Shown here: positions 12,961 to 23,701 of the stretch, in pieces
Layout of the letters: every line of letters starts with the position of its first letter
How positions within the stretch are numbered: position 1 is the stretch's first letter
NCBI RefSeq assembly: GCF_006345805.1
Contig: NC_042997.1
Coordinates: 76,570,001 to 76,634,000, forward strand
Direction of reading: 5' to 3'
DNA from: Octopus sinensis
Lineage: Eukaryota
Length of the DNA: 64,000 nt
Notes under the pieces: model-generated
What the model saw: the letters and a program-made list of their open reading frames with translations, nothing else
Told to the model about the DNA's origin: nothing
Database searches by the model: none
Program-made: the position numbers and the translations under genes

Positions 12961-13005
12961 TGAACTAGTACTTTCATGCATTGAATTCTGCAATCTTCGG
13001 GTTCA
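12961..13005 (-). ncRNA. Minimal type I hammerhead motif with palindromic helix III
   Basis: Minus strand: TGAAC, CCGAAGA, tTGCA gaattcaa TGCAt, GAAA, GTAC, TA, GTTCA. Helix I is a perfect 5 bp; core has U4C. Confidence 0.75.
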
Positions 13006-13068
13006 TGTAGTAGTGTTGACAGTCATGCTTCACAATTTTTGACTGTAGCAAGACGATTGATTCTGTGC

Positions 13069-13182
13069 TATAAATACAGCTGGGTAGGCTCCAGAGTGCT
13101 AGGTTTTGCAAACTGTATTCTGACCAATCAGTGTGTAGTATCACTCAATTACTTAAGCTGATTGGTTGGTTGAGCTGATTGG
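13069..13182. promoter_or_regulatory. TATA plus CCAAT cluster in the Penelope pLTR
   Basis: TATAAATA at 13069-13076; CCAATCAG at 13124 (+); CTGATTGG at 13158 and 13175. Confidence 0.4.
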
Positions 13183-14366
13183 TTTAGGCATCACGCTTTG
13201 TTGGACATGTCAAGAGTCCTGTATCTTGACCCTGGCCGAAGCAGCAATTGTTGGGTTATTTTTAGAAATGTTGTAAATATCCTTTGTCAGATATTTTTAT
13301 ATTTTTATATTTCAATTGTCATCATCATCATTGTCAGCACCTTAATTATTGTTGCTAGTGGTGATTGTGGTGGCAATAGAACTTTTAACCCTAAATAAGA
13401 TAATTTTCCTGCTATCTTCATCTTGATCACCTTTAGTATTGTTGTTGTTGTTAGTGGTCATGGTCGTAGCAGTGGAAGTAATACCTCTAAGTATTATTAT
13501 TATTGCTTATTTAGCTTGGGTTCGAATTTATCAATAAAATTCTTTTCTCTGATTCTCCTCTCGATTTCACTTGGGCTGTGTAATTTGTAGAACGGAAATA
13601 TTATATACATTTTCCGGCCACATGTTGCTAGGTGGTTACTCAAAGGTATCTGACGGACCTCTGGGTCTCTAATCTGTTGCCGGTGTACACGTGAGCGTTC
13701 TAATAGTGCGTTTCCCATCTGACCTACATATATTTCTTCACAATTTGGGCATTTGATGCAGTAAATTAAATTTCTGCTTTTGCAGTTCATATTCGCGTTT
13801 GTGAATATTTCCCGGTTTTTGTGTTTATATATTGACCGGTATGTATGAATTGGCATGTGCCACATCGGCTATCATTGCATTTAGATACCGTGAATGTTTG
13901 GTCTTTGTTGCTGAGGTCAAATTTTGCCTTTGTTAGTAATGTTTTCAAGTTTTTAGGCTGTCTTTTACTAAGCACCATAGCTTGATCCGAGATTATGTCT
14001 TTTAATTCATTACTTTGGGCAATGATTGGTAGGTTTGCTTTGGCAATGTTGAAGATATTCTGGTGACATGGGTTGTGTGTCACTATGAATGGTATGACTT
14101 GTTCTTGTTTTCCTCTTCCTTGGGTTGTCCTAAGTTGTTGTATGGGTATTTTTATAGCCCGCTGTATGCCATTTTCTATAAGTAGAGATGGGTATTTTTG
14201 TTTGAGCAAAAATTCTCTTAGTTCTATTAGGCGTTTGTTCCTGATATTTGCATCTTCTACAATGGTACAAATTCTTCTGGCTAGGCAGTATGGGATGTTA
14301 CGTTTTGTATGTGGTGGATGGCACGACTTAAAATTTAGGTATTGGTGTGTGTCTGTGTGTTTATAG

Positions 14367-14397
<31 letters not shown>

Positions 14398-14400
14398 TGG

Positions 14401-14560
14401 GGAGACTTCTTTCAGTTTCCATCAACCAAATCCACTGATGTGGCTTTGGTCAGCCCAAGGGTATAGCAGAAGACACGTGCTGAATGTGCCAAGGAATGGG
14501 ATTGAACCCAAAACCATGTGGTTGGGAACGAAGCTTCGTAGCACACAGCCACGCCCGTGA
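14401..14560 (-). mobile_element. tRNA-derived SINE, 5' half
   Basis: Reverse complement of the SINE head and core at 2322. Confidence 0.75.
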
Positions 14561-14676
14561 CTATATTTGTGTGTGTGTGTGTGTGTGCATATATATATAT
14601 ATATATGCATATAAGAATTTTTTGTGTAATGAGATAAAAAACAAGGCTGTGTAGATATTAGAACATTTATAGATAG

Positions 14677-14734
14677 ACGGTCTTACAGCTGTTTCCAGGA
14701 TATTTATTAATTATATCCCTTCATCGGAGATGGT
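14677..14734 (-). ncRNA. Minimal hammerhead motif in a solo pLTR fragment (~14620-14880)
   Basis: Minus strand: ACCATCT, CCGATGA, aGGGATA..TATCCTg, GAAA, CAGCTG, TA, AGACCGT. Confidence 0.65.
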
Positions 14735-15144
14735 GTGTGAGGATGGTTAAGTAATAGTTAATTTAGATAGGATACAAAATAGAGAGTGAGGTGGAGAAAA
14801 GAAAATAGATGTGAGATATGTAGGGATATTGAATTTGCAGATCCATTTTTTAGGCAGAATGGTATATATGTAAGATTCTAATCTATCTATCTATCTATAT
14901 ATATATATATATATATACATGCATATATATATATATGTATACACACACATATATATATGCATATACACACATATATATGTATGAATATACACATATATAT
15001 ACATTAGCATTTACATATATACACATATAGATAAAAAAAAATATATATATATACATGCATATATATACACACCCACACTTATATATACACACATAAATAT
15101 ACACAAATATATATATATATACACATATACATATATATATATAT

Positions 15145-15530
15145 TCTTTTACTTGTTTCAGTCATTTGACTGCGACCATGCTGGAGCACTGCCTTTAGTT
15201 GAGCAAATTGACCCCAAGACTTATTCTTTGTAAGCCTGGTACTTATTGTGTCTCTTTTGCCGAACCGCTAAGTTATGGGGATGTAAACACACCAGCATCA
15301 GTTGTCAAGCGATGTTGGGGGAGAGAAACACAGACGCACAAACATACTCTCACACACACACACGCATATAAAATGGGGTCTTTCAGATTCCATCTACCAA
15401 ATCCACTCACAAGGCTTTGGTTGGCCCAAGGCTATAGTAGAAGACACTTGACCAAGGTGCCTTGCAGTAGGACTGAACCAGGAACCATATGGTTGGTAAG
15501 AAAGCTACTTACCACACATTCCTGCACCTA
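15145..15530 (-). mobile_element. tRNA-derived SINE, full length
   Basis: Reverse complement of the SINE at 2322-2770. Confidence 0.85.
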
Positions 15531-15719
15531 TATATATATATTTCATTTTTGGATTTGGTTTGCAAGGTTCTTTATATGAGTTTGTGTGTTGAAGCATATA
15601 CTCTTGTGTCTGGGGAGAGTCATTTTCTTTTTGTGCCTTATAATGGCAAAATTTCCACTTATTTCTTATTTTTATTTTCCTAAATTTTTTTGTTGTGTCT
15701 TGCAACCTTTACAATGAAT

Positions 15720-16450
15720 AATGAACAATGTGTCTCCACTATGCGAACCCTATGAAATGAAAAAACATATACAGAACTTCATGCACTGCATGCAGTCTCT
15801 GGATATGATCAGAAAGATAGGGTTCGAGTATACATTGGAGCTAGAAAGAAATTAGACAACATTATACATAATGATATCAGTGGTACCTGCCCTAGATATA
15901 GAAACAAAGAATGGAATAGAATACAAAGAACTTGTGACAAAGCAAACAGGGCGAACACATGGTATAAAACCGACAAATATCTAGGAGTGATGTTTGTAGA
16001 GGCCACAGCCCATGGAGAACTAGCCTGTAGATATAGAAAAGCTCTGAAGGAGACTAAACTCAACATTAAAATTGTTGAAAAACCAAGGAGCTCTGTCAGA
16101 ACACAACTATGTAGGACCTGCATAGTATGTAGGATTAGCCCTGCATTAACTGTAGAACTCGAAATGTAGTTTACAGCATAAGATGCATAGAAGGTGCTTA
16201 TAAGGACATGAACATGATGTACATAGGGGAAACATTTAGGAGCATTGCGGAATGAATAAATGAACATCTGAGACAATATGACAACAAAAAACAGTCCTCC
16301 ATACTCTACCAGCATGCCAAAGACCACCATGGAAGCAACTTGGGTCAACTTGACATCTGCATCTTATTTAAGCATCCAAAAGTCAAATACAGGAGTACCT
16401 TCTTATAAATGAAACCTCCCCAATACTAAATAGGAAATATACATAGTAGA
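15720..16450 (+). mobile_element. Penelope-like remnant of a different lineage (RT thumb plus GIY-YIG)
   Basis: SGYDQKDRVRVY, MFVEATAHGELACRY..IKIVEKP, YSIRC..MYIGETFRSIAE*INEH. Confidence 0.7.
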
Positions 16451-16499
16451 TATCATACTGCCATACCCACAGTTTAAATAGATAGAGTAGAATAGTTAG

Positions 16500-16790
16500 T
16501 GGACTGTTATGTAGATAGATGTATGTATGTGTGTGGGAGTGAGTGTGTGTGTATGCACATGTATGTTTTTATTTGTCTGTAAGCATATGGATATGAAAAT
16601 AAACAGATCAACATACAGACGGATAGGTACATAGGTTATAAGAACAGACATGCACACATACACAAATGGAGACTGAAATACATGACCATATATACACACG
16701 CACTTTACTCCACACAAGGAGACATATGGAGACAGGGATCTACACATATAGAGATGCACAGCCATACATACAAACATGGTACATAGTTGC

Positions 16791-16834
<44 letters not shown>

Positions 16835-17239
16835 GACATGCACACACAAGGAGGCAGAGGTGCACACATATACAAACACACGCTCAAACACACACATACA
16901 TAGAAAATACACAAACACAGGCATGCAAGCACATGAATATGCAGGATACATACAGATGCACACATATGCATATATACATGCATATATACATATGCATACA
17001 CACTCATTTATACATTCATACACATGCATACATACATACACACATACATACATGTATGTGCAGAAACAAACAAAAAGGAACACAGTGTAAATAACAGACA
17101 GAGTCAAGACTATTGAAAAGGTTGAAAGGCGCAATGAAAATTTTAGGAAAATAAAAATAAGAAATAAGTGGAAATTTTACCGGTAAGTGTGCTACATTAT
17201 AAGGCACAAGAAGAAAATTACTCTCCTCAGACACAACAG

Positions 17240-17274
<35 letters not shown>

Positions 17275-17310
17275 ATATATATATATGTATATATATATAT
17301 GTATATATAT
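16500..17310. repeat. Compound degenerate (CA)/(TA)/(TG) microsatellite block
   Basis: Low-complexity sequence; source of the H/T/C/V/Y-rich spurious ORFs. Confidence 0.9.
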
Positions 17311-17595
17311 CATCATCATCATCGATTAACATCTGCATTCCATGCTAGCATGAGTTGGACGATTTGACTGAGGTCTGGCGAACCAGATGGCTGCACCAAG
17401 CTCCAATCTGATCTGGCAGAGTTTCTACAGCTGGATGCCCTTCTTAACGTCAACTACTCTGACAGTGTAGTGGGTGCTTTTATGTGCCACCAGCACGAGA
17501 GCCAGTCAGGCGGTACTGGCAACGACCATGCTCAAATAGTGCTTTTTATGTGTCACCTGCACAGGAGCCAGTCCAGCGGTACTGGCAATGACCTC
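17310..17595 (-). mobile_element. RTE-type 3' tail
   Basis: (CAT)n, then the same tail seen at 9000-9235 and 38200-38433, reversed. Ends abruptly at the GC-rich array. Confidence 0.8.
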
Positions 17596-20060
17596 ATTAA
17601 GGGGTAGTAGCCGGCAGGGGCATGTCTCCGGTATTGGTCGGCATGATGCCGGAGACGTCAGCCTAAGACGCCGTCAGCCTGGCAGGTGGCTGTCGCCTTC
17701 ACGCCACCTTTCTTTCCCCATTTGTTGATGCTCCGCGGGGCCGCCAGTGGCTGGCCTCTGCCAGTTGCCCAGTGCTCTGCCACGCTACCATGCCCGATAT
17801 CGTAAGAACGAACCAAAGCTCGCAGTGTCACCCACGTACACGTGGACGGATCTGCGACTGATGCCGGAAGGCTGTCACGAAATATACGCAGTAAATACAG
17901 CGACGTGGTCCGTCCCGTAATTCCCTTAAGACAACTACTGTGTCTGCCGCGCTACCTTGTCTGATATCATAAGAAACGAACTGAAGCTTGCGGTATCGCC
18001 CAGACTATATTAAGGGGTAGCAGCCGGCAGGTGCATGTCTCCGGTATCGGACGGCACGATGCCGGAGACATCAGCCAAAGACGCCGTCAGCCCAGCGGGT
18101 GGCTGCCGCCTTCACGCCACCTTGTTTTCCCCATTCATCTACACGCTGCGGGGCCGCCAGTGGCAGGTCTGTGCCGGTCGCCCGGTGCTCCGCCACGCTA
18201 CTGTGCCTGATATCGAAAAAACAGGAACCGAAGCTTGCGGTATCGCCCACGTACACATGGACGTACCCGTGACCGATGCCGGAAGGCTGTCATGAGATAC
18301 AAGCGGTCGATACAGTGACGTGGTCCGTCCCGTAAATTCCCTTAAGACAACTACGGTGTCTGCCGTGCTACTGTGCCCGATATCGTAAAAAACGAACCGA
18401 AGCTCTCGGTGTCGCCCACGTACACGTGGATGTAGCTGCGAGGCTGTCATGAAGTCAATACAGCGACTTGGTCCGACCCGTCAATTCACGCATAAACTTA
18501 TGAGTGAACTTATGGGTCGGACCACGCTGGATAGTCACGCTCTAGGTGACTGTCGCACCCCAAGTGGGCCCAGACTATATTAAGGGGTAGCAGCTGGCAG
18601 GTGCATGTCTCCGGTATCGGTCGGCATGATGCCGGAAACGTCAGCCCGGCGGGTGGCCGCCGCCTTCACGCCACCATGCTTTCCCAGTTTGTCTACACGC
18701 CGTGGGGCCACCCGGTGCTCCGCCGTGCTACCGTGCCCGATATCGTACGAATGATCCGAAGCTCGCAGTGTCGCCGACGTACACGTGAATGTACCCGCAA
18801 CCGATGCCAGAACGCTGTCATGGTCCGTTTCGTAAATTCCCTTAACACAACTACGGTGTCCACCGTGCTACCGTGCCTGATATCGTAAGAATGAACCGAA
18901 GCTCTCGGTGTGGCCCACTATACTAAGGGGTAGCAGCTGGCAGGTGCATGTCTCTGGTATCGGTCGGTACGATGCCGGAGACGTCAGCCAAAGATGCCAT
19001 CAGCTCGGCAGGTGGCCACCGCCTTCATGCCAACTTGCTTTCCCTGTTTGGCTGCGCACCACAGGGCCGCCAGTGGCAGGCCTGCGCTGGTCGCCCAGTG
19101 CTACGCCATGCTACTGTGCCCGATATCAAAAGAATGAACCCCCATGTACATGTGGACATACCCGCGACCGATGCCGGAAGGCTGTCACAAGATACAAGCA
19201 GTCAATACAGCAACATGGTCTGTCCCGTAAATTCCCTTAAGACAACTATGGTGTCCGCCGCGCTACCATGCCCGATATCATAAAAAATGAACTGAAGCTC
19301 GAGGTGTCACCCATGTACACGTGGACTACCCGTGACCGATGCTGGAAGGCTGTCACGAGATACATGCAGTCGATACAGCAAAGTGGTCTGTCCCGTAAAT
19401 CCCCTTAAGACAACTGCGGTGTCCGCCGCCTTCCGTTTCCGGCTAGCATAAGCACCGGGGCACCAGTGGCAGTCGCCCATAGCTCTGCCATGCTACCGTG
19501 CCGAATATCTTAAGAACGAACCGAAGCTCGCGGTCTCACCCAAGTACACGTGAACGTAGCCGCGACCGATGCCATCAGTCGCTGGAAGGCTGTGGCGATA
19601 TGCACTGGGTAAATACAGCGACGTGGTCGACCCGTAAATTTACGCAAACATACCCATGAACTTACAGGTTGGACCAGGCTGGATAGTCATGCTCTAGGTG
19701 ACCATCGCACCCCAAGGGGTTCCAGACTACTATGTAGGGTTGTGGTTGATCAGCATAGGTGACCGTCTGGAAGGGATGTTCTTGTCGTTCCTTTCTGCTA
19801 ATGGTTAGCTCTCTGTTTGCCGGTGCACGGCTGGCGCATCCCCGAATCTCCGCCGTCACACCGCCCGCCTTTCAGATGCTGTGTTCGCTCACCTTTTGAC
19901 CCCTGCATTTGCCCGCGTTCACCCGCCTTTTGACGCCCGCCTTCGCCTGCCTCTTGACGTCTGCCTTCGCTCGCTCGTATGTAGGGTTGTTGCTGATCGG
20001 TATAGGGATGTTCTTGTCGCTCCTTTCTGCCAACGGTTAGCTCCCCGCTTGCCGGTGCAA
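17596..20060 (+). repeat. GC/CpG-rich hierarchical tandem array of unknown origin
   Basis: Four units start at (A)T/CTAAGGGGTAG (17596, 18009, 18579, 18922). Nine copies of a GATATC-centred submodule. Two copies of a second unit start at TATGTAGGGTTG (19731, 19978). Confidence 0.9.
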
Positions 20061-20069
20061 GATCGACTC

Positions 20070-22150
20070 TACACAGCTGGCAACACCTGCCCCTTCATCA
20101 TCAACACCACTTCTATCACTGGTTCTAACCAACAAACTGTGTTTATCAGAAATTCCTTCACTTGCACTTCTAGCCTCATCTACTGCATTAAATGCAACCT
20201 TTGTGGGAAGCTTTATGTAAGTCAGATGGGCTGCCGACTGGCTGACCGGTTCACCAAACATCTAAGTGATGTTTGTCTACGTTCCAACACTCCTGTCGCC
20301 CATCACTTCCACTTGGCCAACCATTCCTCGTCTAACATCTCCGTCTTTGGCCTTGCTCTACACTATGGATCCCCACAATCAAAACTCCACTTGGAACAGC
20401 GCTATATCTTCAATTTACAGACTACTATCCCCCACGGACTTAACACAATCCCCTCCTCCTAGTGACTGCCACTACACCTCCCACAACAAGCAACTTTATT
20501 TCTTTTCTCATTTTTCATTTCTTACTTGTAATTGCGTCTTTTATATTGGATTAACTTCCTTATATTTTATTGTTTTTATAATTTTTTGTTTTTTTATTGT
20601 TTATAATTTAGCGTTTTTAGAAATTATTGGTTTTATTTCTATATACATGCACACATACACACATTCTTACGTATCCATGAATGCACATATACCTCCCACA
20701 CACCACAGACATACAACATACATACATGCATATATACACACATACTTCCACACGAATGCACATATACCTCCCACACACAACACACATACAACATACATAC
20801 ATGCATGCACATATACACACATGCACACACCCACATATACCCACGCGCACACACATGCATGTACACACACACATACACATGCACGGGAATGCACAGATAC
20901 CTATCCCACACAACCACATGCACACAGACACACACATACAATTGTACACAGAACCACATACAGACATACTCAAGCACAGACGCATACACACAAGAAAATG
21001 CACACATAACCTGACACATCTCCACATTCAAACACACATATACACATGTACATACGCACACACACACTAGCACAGGTTCACACATATACCTCCAACAAAC
21101 AATACACATACAGACATGCACACAATTATACATACATGGGCACAAACACATACGCACATACATGCACGTAAGCACACACACACAAGCACATGCACGCACA
21201 TACGAACAGGTACACACATTACGCCTACACAAACCCCTCACACACAACTTGCGCACACACACAAATTCATATACACACCTATACATATACATACACACAC
21301 AAACATGCGCACACATATGCATGCACACACGCACATGAATGCACACACCTAACACTCACAACACCATGCATACATGTATATTCACCCACATATGCATACA
21401 CGCACACACATACACATGCACACATACATGCACACACAACTACACGCACATACGACATGCATACACACGCATGCACAAACAAATGAACCCACACATTCCT
21501 CCCATACACACAGCACATACTCATACACACACACAATTATACATACATGTATACACACATACGCATATACAAGCACACACAAACACACACATGCATGCAT
21601 ATGCAAACAAAGCACACAAGCAATATATATACATACATGCACACACACATACTTCAAACTACTAGTACCTTCCACTGACCATTGTCCTATGCACATGGGT
21701 AGGTAGAGACACAACAAGAGCCACTCCTACTATCATTCTTCCTATGACCTTAAACAATACTAAGCCCAACCACACACATAGATTGACAGCCACACACACG
21801 TGCTATCATTATACACACACACACACACACAGACCTGTGCGCATGCACATATCCACACATACACACATACCTCCTTTTTTTGTACTCTCCTGTCTTTGAA
21901 AGAACATTTTCTTCACCCATTTCCTTCCGGTCATTCAATATGTGACCACGTGTGTATTGTTGGCAATTTTTTTTCCTCCCTCTTCCCTTCCTTGGATCTT
22001 TCCTTTTCCTATGTTTCTGACAAAGAGCTCTGCTCAAAATGTTAAATCCTCCTTCTTTCTTTCCTTTCCTGAGCGTCCAATAACATTATACTTGTTCCAT
22101 GTCCCCATGTTATTGTCTTTTCTCTTTGTGTTTCATGTTTGGATTAACTA
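20070..22150 (+). mobile_element. Penelope-like element, 5'-truncated at the linker: GIY-YIG, ~1-kb CA-rich low-complexity 3' region, hammerhead-bearing terminus
   Basis: NSFTCTSSLIYCIKCNLCGKLYVSQMGCRLADRF.KH...EQRYIFNL..PHGLN, stop at 20462. Related to the 62695 copy. The link between the ORF and the terminus at ~21930-22150 is inferred. Confidence 0.75.
22013..22047 (+). ncRNA. Decayed minimal hammerhead motif
   Basis: GTTT, CTGACAA, aGAGC tct GCTC, AAAA, TG, TT, AAAT. Three CpG-type transitions restore CTGACGA..GAAACGTT. Confidence 0.6.
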
Positions 22151-22280
22151 CACACACACGCACACACACACACACACACATATATACATATATTGATAAA
22201 AATAGTAAGACAACAAAAGAATGAAAGAAACCTCGATATTATGTAAATAGAGGTATTTATCTGTAAATGAAATATGTGAC

Positions 22281-22337
<57 letters not shown>

Positions 22338-22367
22338 TATATGCATGTATATATATATATATATATG

Positions 22368-23474
22368 ATTTGATTGATTTTGATTTTGATTTTTCCAGTT
22401 TCAGCTTATGAGCTGTGGCCATGCTGGGGCACCGCCATTTGGTGTTGCTACTTGGTTTCACTTCATGAAGGCTTTCTAGCAGCTGCTATTTGGTGCATGA
22501 GAGAGTTCGATGCAGCTGCCCTCATCTGCCCCTCCTGCCGAGAAGTTGGTTCATCTGGGACACCTGACAGGAAGAGATCCAGCTTCATTTTAAAGACATC
22601 TGTATCCACCCCATGCAGGTCTCTCAGGTTCTTCGGGAGGATATTGAAGAGCTGTGGGCCTCGGAAGCCCAGGCTATCACAGAATCTTGTCCTACATCTT
22701 GATGGCAAGTTTGGAGTCCTAGGCACCACGCAGTGGCGCCCAGTTCTGGCATTTGCGTAACTCTCGATGCCAAAGTTCAGGACACTTCCCTCCAGGATCT
22801 TCCAGATGTATATTATGGCATATCTTTCCCGCCTACGCTCCAGGGAATATAATTTTAATTTCCTGAGTCTTTCCCAGTAGCTTACATTCTGCATAGAGGC
22901 TATCTTCTTCGTGTAGCTACGTTGGATCGCCTCGAGCTCTGTGATCAACTTGACACTGGATGGTGACCATAACTGAGAGCAGTAGTCAAAGTGGCTTAGG
23001 ACAAGTGTCCTCCAGAGGACCATCATGGTTTCTTGTTCTCTTGTTCTAAAGGTTCTGAGGATCCATCCGGCCAGTCGTCTACATTTCATTGCCAATTTAG
23101 CAACATGTACACGAAAGGTCGCGTCATCACTCATGTAAATACCTAGGTCAGGCACTGATTGTGCCTCTGGGATTGCTATTCCTCCGGGTCCAGTGTATTC
23201 ATTGGGTATTGCATTTAGTTTTGCATGCTGATAGTATAGAGCTTGAAACATTTCAGCATTGAACTGCATGCTATTCTTTTCGGCCCACTTGTATATTTTG
23301 TCTAGCTCACATTGCAGGTGTTTAGTGTCCTCAGGGTTCTGTATTGCCTGTGAAACTTTTGTATCATCTGCATAACTTGTGATCGTGGCTCTCTGCGTGG
23401 CTGAGGGCATGTCTGAGAGGGCCATTATGAACAGTAGTGGTCCCAGAACAGTGCCCTGCGGAACACCGCTCACT
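22368..23474 (-). mobile_element. CR1-group LINE, 5'-truncated, with an open RT C-terminal frame and (AATCA)n tail
   Basis: SGVPQGTVLGPLLFI..SYADDTK..LRKLKLYSLERRRERY; no stops from 23474 to 22463. Confidence 0.92.
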
Positions 23475-23562
23475 ATATACATACACATACATATATGTAT
23501 ATGTGTGTGTGTGCGTGTGTGTGTGTGTAGTTAATCCAAACATGAAAACACAAAGAGAAAAG

Positions 23563-23610
<48 letters not shown>

Positions 23611-23627
23611 CATACATATATACAAAT

Positions 23628-23701
<74 letters not shown>

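Larger units (their letters stand above)
12870..14370 (-). mobile_element. Penelope-like element (RT thumb, Cys linker, GIY-YIG, pLTR), 5'-truncated
   Basis: KHTDTHQYLNFKSCHP..KRNIPYCLARRI, KCNDSRCGTCQFI, NCKSRNLIYCIKCPNCEEIYVGQ..R.RVH. One frameshift; stop at 13500. Confidence 0.92.

Noticed and set aside
17596-19730. CRISPR-like or protein-coding reading of the GC array (ORFs 18035, 18601, 18948)
   Set aside because: No constant short repeat with unique spacers. The frames are not conserved between units and have no recognisable domain.
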